Positions 1 to 13,603 of a stretch of DNA of 64,000 nucleotides are shown one piece after another. Each line of letters begins with the position of its first letter. Position 1 is the first letter of the stretch. The notes below the pieces were generated by a model, which was not told where the DNA came from, did not search any database, and saw nothing but the letters and a program-made list of their open reading frames with translations. This DNA is from Vicugna vicugna (Eukaryota), in contig MU058065.1 in assembly GCA_013265495.1 (NCBI GenBank), positions 4,810,976-4,874,975 on the forward strand, in the 5' to 3' direction. The position numbers and the translations under genes are program-made.

Positions 1-93
1 AGCTGCCTATTGATTTCAAGACTAGCTTCGAGGGAAGCCCTCTGTATGATCTGAGGGCTGATGAAGAATCCATATGTCATGACAGTTCAGATA
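1..93 (-). pseudogene. Exon remnant at window edge, possible start of a fifth unit
   Basis: Long pyrimidine tract at about 96-120 lacking an intact AG; reads GFFISPQIIQRASLEASLEIN. Confidence 0.3.
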
Positions 94-799
94 CCAGGGG
101 GAGAAAGAAAAGGAAAGAGGCTGACTGTAATTCATCCTCTACTATAATTATCAGTGAGTTTACAGTTAGCACACCAGACCAAATGACATAATTTGTAAAC
201 CCAGTGAGTTATGGTTCTGATCTCAGGCCCTGGGGCCAACCCAGTTTGTATTACAAGTTGACATTTCCAAATCCTTTAGAATCTAGCCTTTGATTGCCCC
301 ATAGAGGTAAAAAAAAAAAATTACAAACCTTTTGAAATTCATTGATTGACCACACTGAGATAAACACACAACTTTCTGAAACAGAGGAAACTGTTTATTC
401 AAAGGCACTTTATTATTTTCACTAAAGAAAAATGGAAAACTTTAAAAAAAAGGTAAAAGCATTTAAGAAGAACACAAGGTATTGATTGAGGCTTGCTTTG
501 ACTTGTTAGGCATGCATCAGAGTCCTAGCTTTCAAATCCTTCTCCTCACATCCTGGGAGACTGCACTGGCCCAAATGGGACCCACAGGCCTGTGATTCTG
601 CCCAGAAGGGGAACACACCCTTCTCTACACTATGATTCTGTGTTATGGCTACATGGTAAAATGGAACCCAAACCCAGGCAAGGAAATCTTGTCCTCAAAG
701 GGCCATGGCTAGAGTAAATGTGGGGAAAGGGTTTTGCTAAATCTGGGAAAATACATTGCAAAACTCAACAGCTTGGCTACATTAGTATTCATCTAAGGT

Positions 800-962
800 A
801 ATACAGGTACCACCTAAGAGCTTGCTAAAATGTGGATTTCCAGTCCAAGCCCTGAGATTCTGATTCAGTGGAATCTGGATGAGGCCCAAGTATCCACATT
901 TATTATAAGCTTTGACAGTGATTCTGATGCTGGTGATTCATGAGTCACACTCTGAAAAATAC
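800..962. mobile_element. MER5A-like hAT-Charlie DNA transposon fragment
   Basis: gagattctgattcag...gtgattctgatgc...cacactctgaaaaa pattern. Confidence 0.65.
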
Positions 963-1482
963 TTGAAAAGACCATTTTGCTATGCACCATTCAAAAATGA
1001 ACATTATGAAAGTTTCTAAAGGGAGATTTCATTTAATCATGTATTTTTTTCATCACCACCTAGGAGCCTACTCATATGAATGTTAGAGAAAAGATTTGCT
1101 CAAATAATGGGACATTGTTATTTTCTTAAAATAAATGTTAGAATATTTTATAATATTCAGAAATTCTTAGGCTAACCAAGAGAACAAAAATTAGTATAGT
1201 TAAGAAATATGTCAGTATTAATTTAATAAAGATTGCCAGCCTGATTTTTTCTTGTAAAACAGTAAGTTATGCTTGCTTAGACGTGGATTCTTTTTAGGTT
1301 CTGAATCAAGGTTTTTTTCCTTTTTTAATTGTTTTGCACAGAGGGGAATTTTATATATTAAATAGCAGGTGAGTAAGTCCATTCTCTACTAACCTATTTC
1401 TGTACATGGGCATGAGTGCATATGTATACTTAGGTTTGTGGCTAATGCATGACTGATATTAACATTTGTAAGTCTTAATACT

Positions 1483-1585
1483 GAAGAAGGAGGAGAGCAA
1501 GAAGACAAAGGAAGAGAAGGAGGAGGAAGAGGAAAAGGTGAGTGAGAAGGTGGAGGAGGGAGAAGAGGGGAAGGAGGAGGAGGAA
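1483..1585. repeat. GA-rich low-complexity tract
   Basis: Runs of gaggag and gaagag. Confidence 0.85.
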
Positions 1586-1649
1586 ATGTGTACCCAAAAA
1601 TCTCCCCCTACTTAAATTTATCTTCCAGTTTTTTAGTGCTCAGACTCAA

Positions 1650-2085
1650 GCATGGCACCCAATGATCTCTGCCTCTTGATATTCGTGTCCTCATGTAGTT
1701 TTGTCCCATGTTGTTTCAAGGTTGGTCTGGGTAACCAATAGAACATGGCAGAAGTGATGAGATGGTACTTCTGAGGTTAAGTCATAAAAGAGGCTGTGGC
1801 TTCTGCTTCGCTCTACCTGAGAGAGATGGGGGAAGACAGCTGCAATGCCTTAAGGACACTTAGGCTGTCCTATGGAGAAGCCCATGTAGCAAGAAATGTA
1901 GGTCTCCAAACAACTTCCATGTGAATTCATCTTCTAAGGAGTGGGTGACCAGACCCAGTCAACCCCACTGAGCTGCTTCCAGTTCCCTGACCCTTCGAAA
2001 CTTTGTGATATAATAAATATTCCTTGTTTTAAGCTGAGTTTGGGGATACATTTTTTTATGAAGCAATTTTCATCCATAGTTACTA
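1650..2085 (+). mobile_element. MLT1-type (ERVL-MaLR) LTR
   Basis: accaatagaacatggcagaagtgatg...aataaat..ttgttttaagc motifs. Confidence 0.7.
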
Positions 2086-2654
2086 TGTAACATGTCTGTG
2101 ATGGAACTCTCAAACCATCTTCCACTTGACCTTGTGGTGGGCTAATGTGTAGAAAAGAGAAAAAAGAAGGAAAGTCACCATCACAAAGTTAAGTATATTC
2201 ATTTATTACTAGTGGTTAGTATTCTTTGAAGTGCTAAGGACAGAGATTATTAATAAATGAATTCTCTTTTGTACCATCCTACATAAAAAAGGTCAATATT
2301 TTCCTATCAAATGAGGATACTTACATCATTTGAAATTGATGGCAAAAAAAATCTATTGATGCTATTTCATTGTATTAATCACAAATCTAATAATATGAAA
2401 TTCCCAAATCAAAAATATATTTATTGTTTTCAATTTCAGTCCTGTCTTTAATCATGTGATATTGAGTGAGGATTAAAAAATAACAAACAAAAGATATTCT
2501 TCACACTTCAATTTTAGAATTATACTCAAATTAATCACTTTCAATAAGTTCCTTTTAAGAAATAGTTTACATATTTCCCACATCATCTTAAGTCTCATTT
2601 GAAAATAAAGAATGGATAATACCCAACAATGACAAAAAATTGTAAATTTTTGTT

Positions 2655-3490
2655 TTGCTCAACATTGCTTATCATCAGAGAAATGCAAATTCAAATCACA
2701 ATAAGATGTTACCTCACACTTGTCAGAATGGCTGTCATCAAAAATTCCACAAAAAACAAATGTTGACAAAGACACGGAGAAAAGGGAACACTAATACACT
2801 GTTGGTGGGAATGTAAATTGGAATGGAAAGCAGTATGGAGGTTCAGCAAAAAATTAAAAAGAAAACTACCATATGATCCAGCCATTACACAGCTGAGTAT
2901 ACATCTGAAGAAAATAAAAACACTATTTTGAAAACATACTCGCATCCCAATGTTCACAGCAGGATTATTTACAATAGCCAAGATATGGAAGCAACCTAAG
3001 CGGCCATCCACATGTGAATGGATAAAGAATATGTGGTACATATATCCTATGGAATATTATGCAGCCATAAAAAGAACAAAATTCAGCCTTTTGCAACAAT
3101 GTGGATGAACATAGTATTATGCTTAATGAAATAAGTCAGACAGAGAAAGATAAATACTCTATGTTATCACTTATATGTGGAATCTAAAAAAACAAAGAAA
3201 TGCATATAAAACAGAAACAGACTCACAGATTTAGAGAACAAATTAATGATTACAGTTGGAAGAGGGAAGGGAGAGGGGTGAGATAGGGATGTGGGATTAA
3301 GAGACACAAACAACTATGTATAAAATAAATAAGCAACAAGGATATATTGTGCAGCACAGGGAAATACAGCCCTTATTTTGCAATGACTTTAAAATGGATT
3401 ATAATCCATAAAAATATTTAATCACTATGGAGTACACCTGAAAATAATATTGTAAAACAACTATCTTTAATAAAAATAAAATCTAAAAAA
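2655..3490 (+). mobile_element. LINE-1 3' end (ORF2 C-terminus, 3'UTR, A-tail)
   Basis: aaatgcaaat..cacaataagat, tggaagcaacctaag, aaataagtcagacagagaaaga; ORF 2709..3041 is L1 antisense. Confidence 0.9.
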
Positions 3491-3537
3491 ATTTCACCAC
3501 ACTTCTGAGTAAAGAAGATTGCTTACACTACCAGCTA

Positions 3538-3605
3538 ACTTTGTCTCTCTGTCTGTCTCTGTCTCTATATCTCTGTTACACACACACACACACACACGCA
3601 CGCAT
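3538..3605. repeat. (TC)/(CA) microsatellite
   Basis: Directly visible. Confidence 0.85.
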
Positions 3606-3624
3606 ATATTCTATGGTGCCAGCA

Positions 3625-6085
3625 GTAACCTGATACCATATCCAGCAAACACTATAAGAATATTAAAGACTAGCACTGCCTGAAAAACAGATGCAAAAAA
3701 TATAAATAAAAATTTAACAAATTGAATTCAACAGTATGTAAAAAGGATATATCTTAACCAAGTGAGGTTTAACCTAGGATTGCAAAGTTGGTTAAACATT
3801 TGAAAGACAATTAATATAATTTCTCATATTTAATTTAATTTAAAAATCACATTATCCTTCTTATAGACAGCAGAAAAAGCATACAACAATTTTCAACATG
3901 TGTTCATGATAAAAACTCAACAAACTAGGAATAAAAGAGAACTTCCTCCACCTGTAAAGAGCAGTTACAAAAGACTTCAGCTAATATCATACTTAAGGGT
4001 TAAAGTCTAAATATTTTCCCACTGAGATTAAGAATAAGGGAAGAATGAATACTGTCATCACTGATACTCAACATTTTACTGGAGATTCTAACCAGTGCAA
4101 TAAGGAAAGGAAAAAAATAATGAGAAACTACAGATTAGAAAGGAAGAAATACAATTGTTTCCACATATAGATGACATGATTGTCTACAAACCCAAAGACT
4201 GAAAAAAAGCTACAGAACTCATAAGGGAGTTTAGTAGAGTGGTAGGATACAAGGTCAACACACATGTATCAGTTATATTCCCACTTAGTAGCAATTAATA
4301 ATCAGAATTAATTTTTATTTAAAAACAATTTATAATGGCACAAAACATGAAATACTTAAGTAGAAACTTGACAAAAGATGTACGTGATCAGTACAGTGAA
4401 TACTACAAAGCATTTGAGTGAAATTGAAGATGACTTAAATGTAGAAGAGATTACCATGTTCATGGATCAGAGATATCAGTTCTTACCAATTGTTTACATA
4501 GGTTCAGTGAAATCTGAATCAAAATCCCAGCAAGATTTTTGGTAAGAAAATAGCAAAATAATTCTAATTTATACAAAAATGCAAAAGGCATAGCCTAGTC
4601 AAAATAATTTTGAAAATGAAGAACATATTTGGACGAGTAATTTTGTCCAAACTTTATGCATTGATACCCTAACTGAACTGTAGTTTTTGCATTGGTCTGA
4701 GATATTTCTGCAATAGATGTCCATCATAAAAAAATGCTATCAAATGTGTGTGTGCATACAGGGAGAAAAATGGTAAAAAAAAAAAAAGCATATTGATAAA
4801 TGGAATACTTTAAAAAACTCCTAGAAGATGGGATAGAAGGATGAAATTTAAGTGACCATGGGTTTGGTGATAATTTTTAAGTTATAACACCAAAAGTGTA
4901 ATACAAGAAAGAAAAAAGATTTAAGTTGGGCTTTATAAAATTTAAAACTACTGCTCTGCAAAAACAGTGTTAAGATATTAATAAAAAAAACAGACTGGGA
5001 TAAAATATTTGCAGAGTAGATATCTGATAAAAGACTGGTGTCTAAAATGTACAAAGAGCTCTAAAGCTCTAAGAAAACAAGCAACTCACTTTTTTTAAGA
5101 AGTCAAAAGATACGAACAGAAATCTCACCAAAGGAGATACTCAGACAGCAAGCACGTGAAAAGATGTTCAACATTATATGGTATTAGGGGATTACAAATT
5201 AAAGTAACAATGAGATAACACTAGAAGCCTATCAGAGTAGTCAAAATCCAGAACACTGACAACACCAAATGCTGGCAAGGATGTAGAGCAACTGGAATGC
5301 TCATTCATTGTTGATGGGAATGCAAAGTCATTTAACTATTTTGGAAAACAATTTGACAGTTTCCTAAAACACTAGGCACACACTTACCATTTGGTTCAGC
5401 AATCATGCTTCTTAGCATTTACTAAAGGAGTTGAAGGCTTATGTCCACAGAAAACTTGAACAAAGATGTTTTAAGTAGCTTTATTAATAATTTCTAAAAC
5501 TCAGAAGCAACAAAGATGTCCTTTAATAAGCAAATGAATAAACAAGCTATGGAACATGTGTGCAATAGAATATAATTCATCAATAAAAAGAAATGAGCTA
5601 TCAACCACAAAAAGATATGGAGAAGACTTTAATGATATTTCTAAGTAAAAGAAGCCAGTCCGAAAAAGCTGCCTACTGTGTAATTCCAACTATATGACAT
5701 TCTAAAAACAGTTAAACTATGGAGACAGGAAAAAGAACAGTGGATATCAGGGGTTAGGGGAGAGGAAGGGATGGACAAGTGGAGTGCAGGAGAATTTGAG
5801 GGCAGTGAGTTTATTCTGTATGATACTGTGATGGTGGATGCATGTCAGGTACATTTGACAAAACCCATGGAATGTACAAAGAGTGAACTCTAACATACCC
5901 TATGCAGTTTAATAATTAATAACAGCATATCAATATTGACTTATCAGTTGTAACTAATGCACTACAGTAATACTAGACGTGAAAAATAGGGGAAATTGTG
6001 GGTGGGGGTGAGGAGTTACGTGGAATCTCTCTATATATTCAGCTCAATTTTTCTATAAATTAAAACTCCTCTAAAATGAATCCTA
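3625..6085 (+). mobile_element. Older L1M element, degraded ORF2 and 3'UTR
   Basis: RT-region remnants (gatgacatgattgtcta) and L1M-type 3'UTR. Confidence 0.85.
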
Positions 6086-6337
6086 TTAATTACAAAATAA
6101 TTGAAGAGAACAAAGCATCCTGCTGTCATGATGGGTTTCTAGAAATTAGGATAAATCTATGAAATGTTAAAAGGGAGTTTGAAAACTTGGACACACCTTA
6201 TATCCCCCAAAGAGTTTAAATGAAATAAATATAAACCCTTTGGAGTTGACAGTAAAAGCAGAAAACTAAGTAAAATGTCCGTTCCCATAAAACTCAACAT
6301 GTAAAACACACTTTTGATGGAGCCAGCACATAGTTAC

Positions 6338-6409
6338 ATTTTATCAATGTTACATTAATTTAATAATATATATTTTATCAATGTTACATTAATTTAATAA
6401 TATATATTT
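6338..6409. repeat. 34-bp tandem duplication
   Basis: attttatcaatgttacattaatttaataatatat x2. Confidence 0.9.
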
Positions 6410-6919
6410 AGTATTTAAGTAAGGACTATCAGAAGACACTGTAATACTTATACTCAAGGGGCTTTCAAATATTACCCCTAAATCCCATGTAAGGAGGTAA
6501 TATTATTTCACTTTATAAAGAAGAAAATGGAGTTTCAAAGATATTAAAGCATTTTCTTGAGGTCACCCAGACAGTGGATTTCAAATTTGGGTCAATCTGA
6601 CTCAAATTATATATTCCTTTCTTTAAAGAATAAATGGAAATTTTAGGTGCTCTGAAAGCCAGGTTGTGGAGAGACATTTTGGAGCAGATGGGGTCCCTCC
6701 AAATATACCAAGTAACAACTGCATTGCAGAGGGTGTGTCAAGTAGGAGGAATGAATGCCAAAGGATAAGCTAAGGTTGATATCAGGTCATAGAAAAATGA
6801 TAGTATCGTAATAGAATTCACTTCCTACATGAGGAAACGAAGGCCCTTTTCAAGTTTAGCTGCCTATTTGATGAGACAGATCATCTTCACCTAATATCCT
6901 TTCTATCTTTCTTCCTTTT

Positions 6920-7380
6920 ACGAAAACAGCCACTTACTCTTGCCCAGGGATGTGACTGCTCTCCTAGAGACAACATTTCCCAGCCTTCCCTATCGCTTGC
7001 ACTGTCATGTGACTGAGTTCTGGCCAATGGATTAGAGGCATCGACATGCAAATCTCCTGAGTCATGCTCCAAAAAACAAAATAAAAAGATGCTTATGCTT
7101 TCCCTCTTCCCCCTTTTATGTGAATGTGTGATGGATATGGAAGATATGGTGGGAATGAGCCAGCTTTGACCATTCTCATGAGGACCACACTGGGTGATGG
7201 ATAAGCAACATTTCAGAGGGAACCAGAAGCTCTGGGTGGCCTTACAGAGCAGAGATGCTGCACTTCCCTGGACCACCTACCAACTCAGTCTTTCCATGAG
7301 AGAGAAACAAATCTATCTTGTTCAGGCCACCTTCATTTAGTCTCTGTTAAAGCAGCCAAAACCATCCTAAAATTAACACA
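6920..7380 (+). mobile_element. MLT1-type LTR
   Basis: catttcccagccttcc..catgtgactgagttctggccaatgg motif. Confidence 0.7.
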
Positions 7381-7755
7381 TTCTAACTTCCAGTTTCGTG
7401 TTATCAACCTTGTATGTTAATTATACGTAAATATTTACTCTGATCACCAATTTATGTAAATATATTAATTATTTTTTATGTGGATGAACAAGATGAATAT
7501 TTTGGAACAGGATCAATATTTTGAAGGTTAACTAGGCAATTTTATTCCCAGAACTACAGATTGTAGTTTATATATTACTATTCTCATATTCTAATTGAAA
7601 TATTGAACATTATTGAAAATTCAAGACAGATTAAATATCACATTTCACAGGCAGAATCTATATAGTAAATAGCACATCACTGTTTTTGTTGTTGTTTTTT
7701 ACTGTTAGGTTGGGTAAGAATCAATTACTTTTACATTTGGCCTATTTCGACAGAC

Positions 7756-7822
7756 TTTTCTTTACTCTTTTGACTTAATCTTCTTTACTCTTCTGACTTA
7801 TCTTCTTTACTCTTCTGACTTA
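7756..7822. repeat. 22-bp tandem repeat x3
   Basis: tcttctttactcttctgactta units. Confidence 0.9.
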
Positions 7823-7823
7823 C

Positions 7824-7869
7824 TGGAAACTGTTCCAGTCAATGAACATAATTTCTCCAATCAAAACAG
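7824..7869 (-). pseudogene. Small exon remnant
   Basis: aaatttttag acceptor, CA|gtaagt donor; VLIGEIMFIDWNSF. Confidence 0.4.
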
Positions 7870-8155
7870 CTAAAAATTTCTGAGATAACTATTAAGTTCT
7901 GAAATATTCTATGGCTATTTTTTCCAGAACTTTAAACATATTTTAATTGCATCTGTTTAAATGATTTTAAAAAAAAAGACTTTCCCTTTCCCAAAACTAT
8001 AAAAATGTTTAATTAAAAACAGAAATTCTGAAATACCTTGAGCAGAGATTGGGGGTAAGAAAGAGGTAACGCAGGAGTTTGCAATGGGTTTATGGGACCC
8101 CAACTCATGCCATAGTGGGGATATTAATCACAGCTGTAATTACAGGACAACTTAC

Positions 8156-8322
8156 TTGACATAGTCTCATACTACACCTGATCAGAGCACGTTCACATCC
8201 AGGCTCTCTCTGCTTCCTCAGAGCATAAATGCTAAGAATTTGCATTTAATTCAACTGCTCCCAAAAAGGGAAGTTTGCTGAAGTTAAATAATGAACATGT
8301 TCTCATTTTCCTGCATGGTTGC
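8156..8322 (-). pseudogene. Exon remnant
   Basis: tttacttacag acceptor, gtaagt donor; stops in all frames. Confidence 0.45.
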
Positions 8323-8761
8323 CTGTAAGTAAACTTAGGTAAATTTTCGATACTTATAATTGCTTTGCATCGTGCACTAACAAGGTCAGTGAATTGGAAT
8401 TTAATGTTCCTCTCATTAATTAATGTGCCTTTGAATTATGTGCAGTGTTACACATGTGTTCTCAGATTTGTATTAGACATTAGCTAGGAGAGATGTGCAT
8501 GTCTTATTCATTTAACTAATTTTTTTATTCTTCAAGATGAGTGGGGGCAGAGGCCAATCAAAAAGTTATTGGAGGTCCTCTATTTCAGTCCCCTTCTAGT
8601 CTGTTAATTGTTTTAAATGTCTGAGCAATTTAGACTAAAAGCAGTAAAACATTTCATCTTGGAAATTTCCCTTCATCTTCCTATCTTCCTTATCCTCATC
8701 CAAGTTGAATCTTTCTTCCATCTAGAATCCCTAGACCTGACTCCACGGAAAGGTCTTTTGG

Positions 8762-8762
<1 letters not shown>

Positions 8763-8801
<39 letters not shown>
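8763..8801. repeat. Poly-T run
   Basis: About 39 T. Confidence 0.95.
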
Positions 8802-8804
<3 letters not shown>

Positions 8805-9875
8805 TGAATTCTTTTAATTTGGTCTAGACCACCTCAATTTCTTAACTTCAGCATCTTAAGAACTAGATGTGTTCTTTCTGGTTGCCAGCTTCTACTAAAC
8901 TAAAATTATATAGTGTTTTGATGTTGGGGCATATTGTAAAAACATTATGTTAATAACATATTACCCTTTCTACATTAAAGTAACTAAACTTGGACACTTT
9001 TAAATTACAGACATACCAAAATGAGTGTGAGAGGCCGTATTGTATAGTGGATGTTGACACCACTATTTCGCATCCTCTGAGCCTTAGGTTTTGTTTTTTA
9101 AAAAAATTGAGTAGATACAAAACAATATTTATAAATAATCAAAAGGTATGAGAGTGACACAGCATCCATTTGTGCTCCACTACCAACGTAATGTAAGAAA
9201 GAAGAAATGATTCTATGAAGTCCTTACATTCCCTGCCCCGATCCTGTGTTCTCCCTGCTCCAAGAAGCCATTTCACCTTTAATTTTACCAAAGCTTTACC
9301 TTAATGTCCCATGTTTACTGTTATTCTTTTTAACTTGTATAATTAATATAATAGAGATAATCACTTAGTAGGATTGTTAATACTAATGATTTAGTAGATA
9401 CAGACAAAACACTTAGAATCTCACTTGGCAGAGAAATCAATAAACACAGCCATTGTGGTAACACAGATGATAATGATGAATAAACTTAATACTGTCATGT
9501 ACTTTGGTGCTTCTGTTCATCTTTTTGGTTAGCAAAAATTTAGACTATTTGTATCCTTTGAGGCAAGATGAAAATACAGGAGTTAGTTAATTTATAAGGT
9601 TAAAAAAACCTTACTATAATAAAGAAAAAATTCCCATAAGTATGCACATATTTCTGTGGAAGAAGTTCAGGATCTATAGAATTTGGTGGGGGGGAATGGA
9701 AATATGAGTATAAGAATTTATGGGGGAAAAAACTGAATCCTGCAGAAATGTTTTGTTTGTCACAAATTTGTTTTAAGCATTTCAAAACTCTTGAGTCAAA
9801 CTTTCTACCCAAAGCAATATTTTAAATCTTTGGAAAATGTTCATATACTTTTGGTTGAGATCTCATTGCATTTAC

Positions 9876-9935
9876 CTCTCCTTTGTGTTTACTCAGAAAA
9901 CAGTCATTTTTAAGGATGGAGCTAAGTCTCATGCA
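9876..9935 (-). pseudogene. Unit 4, TAGT C-terminal 60-nt exon, open, phase 0-0
   Basis: tttaatttccag acceptor, GAG|gtaaat donor; CMRLSSILKNDCFLSKHKGE continues in frame from DQIYQL. Confidence 0.6.
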
Positions 9936-10480
9936 CTGGAAATTAAACACACATCAAAGTAATCACAATGACAACTCATGTATTCATTTAAAAAGTCTAA
10001 AGAAAATCATTTCAAGAGGCTATGGAATGTATAACTATATAGAGGAGAGCAAAACTGCACTCAATAACAAATCTTTTGGTTGGAAAAAGTCTTTGCTTTG
10101 GGCACAAGTCAGAAAATAACGATAGAAGAAGCATCAAAATGTCATTTGGAATCAATTTCTTCACCTCAGGATAAAAATCACATCAATGCATCTTAGAGGA
10201 TACTGACTTTTTTATAAACTTTAAAAAAAAATCTCAGAATAACATCCCAGAAAACTACACACATCATAAGTGTAAAGCTCAATACATTTTCAAAAGGTGA
10301 ATACACTCAAGTTCCCATTCACCCAGATCCAGAAACAGACATCTGCAGCATTGCTTGGACTGCCTTTCAATATATTTTTGATCCTGTTTCTCTCACTGAG
10401 CAAAAGGCTGATAATCAAAACTTATGTCTATGAAGCCCAGATAAAGAAACAAGATTTAGTCAACTAATCCCTTAGCTTAC

Positions 10481-10781
10481 CAGCTGATATATTTGATCAA
10501 TCACAACAGATTTCCCACTGAAATAATTATGATGGCCTTTTACGAGGCCACTGACATTGACCAATCAAGACAGATCAAATACACAGAGGGGATCAATTCT
10601 GACTGATTTTTGTTCACACGGGGCCAGCTGGTAAGAAGTAGAGCGTATGATCCCCACCAATGGCTTGATGCCATGATTTTTGTATCTAGAATGAGGCCAA
10701 TATACTATTTGATGCCTTGACCGAAGAGCGAATACTTTGCTACCATTTCCTGAGGTGTTTTGCTTCTCTCTTTCATTCTCT
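10481..10781 (-). pseudogene. Unit 4, TAGT middle exon
   Basis: CTG|gtaag donor; GSYALLLTSW, then LVNVSGLVKGHHNY (cf. unit 1 LVARISGLKLQGLH); alternative acceptor at 10627. Confidence 0.6.
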
Positions 10782-11635
10782 CTAAATGAAGAGATTTGTT
10801 TTGATGGGAAAAGTTATTTTTAAAAAATAACCTGTCCTTCTTTTTCATCAAGTTTAGGTGTGAGAAAGAACATTGAGTAAGATGATAAGAATCAACCCAA
10901 CTAAAAATCTAATTATTGTGGATATGTTTCATCTCAAAGAAAACTTTTTAAAAAATCCTTTTAAATCATTTGGGTTTTTTTTTCCTTCTTAAATATGGCT
11001 TATGTTATGAAATCTTTTGAAAATCAACTTTGAGAAAATCTTTCATCAGGTCCTCTTCAGGAGATGAAGTATTTGGATGTTGCCTGGTAGACATTCTTCA
11101 GCACAAGCGGAGCTAGCCGAGAAGGGGCTCATGTGTAAATGAAAGTTGTATTTAAATTTCCCCATATTCTAGCTCTGATTTCAAAAAGCATGGGCAGTTC
11201 ATTTGCTTCTGTTCAAGACAGGAATAATGATTAGCCCATTTGGACTGAAAAAGGATTTCACATTCAGCAGTGTCCCTGGAAATATAACTTTTTCTGTGCC
11301 TGCTGAATTTTAAAGAGAGAGTAAAAGTAGGATCAGGAAGCCAAAAGAAGGCTTTTTGAGAGTTTTATCCTGGGCAGGCAGAAAAAGAGAGGGAGTGAGA
11401 GAGGCAGACAGGGAAATGTAAGACCACTTAAAATGAATGCATTTCTTCCTCTCCAGTCATATTAAACAACAGACCATTTGTCTGTTATTAAGAACATGAT
11501 ATGCCCTCCATTTAACAAACTTTCCTTCCCATAACAGACATTTAAAAATCTGACAATTAATACAGCATTCAGGTCTGTAGCATGGTAATTTAATGCAAAC
11601 TTTTAAAAGGATTAGCTATTTCAAATATTAAATAT

Positions 11636-11680
11636 GGATCTATATAATGTGGATCTATATAATGTAGATCTATATAATGT
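11636..11680. repeat. 15-bp tandem repeat x3
   Basis: ggatctatataatgt units. Confidence 0.9.
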
Positions 11681-12089
11681 GAAATGAATATCATATAATA
11701 GTAAGCAAATGGTTTGTGGAGATCTTCATTCTCTATTTTTTCTTTAGAACTAACATATGTACTCTGTTTAACAAAATTAAACACCTACAAAACTTCTGCC
11801 AACAAACGATGAGTCCTATCCACCCCAGATCCAGTGCCACTTCTCAGAGATCATCATTCTCCAAAGTTTCAGGCATGCTTTTTGGAAACTTCCCATGAAA
11901 TTATACAACACATATGCCTATAATCAACGTGGTAGGTGTAGGTTTCAGTGCACAAAATGACATATGTGAGAAATGCTGTATTTCTTTATTTCCCTGGAAC
12001 CAACTAAATTTCACCTTCTAGCTTCCAGCCTGCTATGAAATTCAAACTAAGTCATTCTCAAGTACTAAGAAACCCCATAACCCCCATAC

Positions 12090-12302
12090 ACAGCATTTTG
12101 TCTCTCAGTGGTGCAATGATCTTTCCGAGAATCCCAGGCGCTGAAGAGACCCCTCGGTCCGTAAGACATCAATCCCTCCTGGTTACCACCAAGAGTAGCC
12201 GTGGATTGTTCCAGTTGAAACGATTCCTTCATATCTGCTCTTTCTAATGTCTGTGCCATAGATTAGCGCCCAGGGATATTTGATGAAGCCAACAACCTTT
12301 TT
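12090..12302 (-). pseudogene. Unit 4, TAGT N-terminal exon
   Basis: aaattttcag acceptor; IRKSRYE, WNNPRLLLVV (cf. unit 1 KPQLLLVL), DRGVSSAPGILGKII; 3' edge uncertain. Confidence 0.6.
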
Positions 12303-13017
12303 CTGAAAATTTTCCACCTCCCAAAGTCACTGTTTGGGATCAGAGTATGAGTTTCTGATACTTAGCAGACCCATAAACCTCTCTCCCCTCTCTTTTTTTC
12401 ATTTTGGCTATTTTCAGGGATTTTTTTTTTCTTGTCAGGTCCCAAATATCCACTATATATATGTATATACATACACATCATTCGCCCACATTCACATGCC
12501 CTACTTTCAGCAAAACCTGGGAGAATGGGATATGGACTCAAGTACTGAGACACTCACACAGACACGCACACACACCCAAGATAAAAGCCAAATTGCAAAA
12601 GGCCCACTTTGACATAATAACAGAGCCATTACAGGCCATTGTTCTTCAGATCTTAGAGACACTCTCATTTTTTTTAATGTATATATATTTTATTACTGTT
12701 CTTACATTTTATTAATAATTTTTAAGATCAGCTATAGCACTGAGAAAATATCCTGTAGCACTAACGTTTACTAATTCTTCTGATTTTCTTGATACAGTAT
12801 TTCTGATGTCTCACGTTTTCTTTCTTTTTGAGAAACAATAACATTCAAACCCAAATTCAATGCAAATGGAGCCATTTGAGGGGAAGAGTTATTTACTCAT
12901 TTTCTAGAGCATCCATATATAAGTGAAATGATTCATGTTTTTTTAGTTTGGATGGTCTGGAAGATATGAGTTCTCTTATCCATCAACACTATTTGTGGCG
13001 ATGCTGTGACTATTTAC

Positions 13018-13603
13018 CCCCATCCAGATACTGTCGTTCTTAGTGGCCTGGTCCCTCTGGGGACAACCAGTGAACACATTATGGCATGTGGTCAGAACCC
13101 TGAAACAAGCACTATCATGATTTATTTCTATCTAAATTATTCCAACTTGGGCAGGGATGCTGAATTGCACTGATTTCCCATAAAACTAGTTCATTTGGAT
13201 GAATACTGGTTTATCTCTTGATGCGAGATGTTAGAAGAACAGAAAAAATAAAGACAAATACACACAGATAAATTTCCCCAACCTTGTAGTCTGAATCGAA
13301 CAATGGTTTTTTGTTCTTGTCATTGATCCAGTTGGTAATTAACAGTATGCTCTGCAATAAATGTCACTTGCATATATTCGAACATTCAGCAATATTACTA
13401 TTCCCTTTCTTAGAAACAAAAATGAACCAAAGAACCTTTTAACAGCTGTTTGAAGCACATTTTGCAATCAGATTGGACATTTGTGCCTGTAAACAATGAA
13501 ATGGTGAATTATTCTTTAAATCTGCAGCTCTGACAGTGTTTTACAATCTGATCACTTGGAAGAAAACAGACCACAATATGAATCGATTTCCTGGAGAATT
13601 TAT
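13018..13603 (-). pseudogene. Unit 4, pre-TAGT exon(s)
   Basis: 13603-13283 reads SDQIVKHCQSC..YMQVTFIAE..VRFRL (cf. GREB1 HHCEQC..IQLHFII..MRLP); further pieces KPVFIQ near 13200 and a GT-AG-bounded segment 13099-13018. Confidence 0.55.

Noticed and set aside
10481..10627. VWA MIDAS-like LDWSMS, PLAT-like GHHN or dynein-like readings
   Set aside because: These are isolated short matches with no support from neighbouring exons. The TAGT reading fits the ordered chain.
11040..11135. Plus-strand exon candidate
   Set aside because: Stops in all frames and no partner exons on the plus strand. It may be another minus-strand remnant, but I could not fix its boundaries.
7756..11680. Short direct repeats as a CRISPR-like array
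   Set aside because: They are head-to-tail minisatellites with no spacers, in mammalian DNA.
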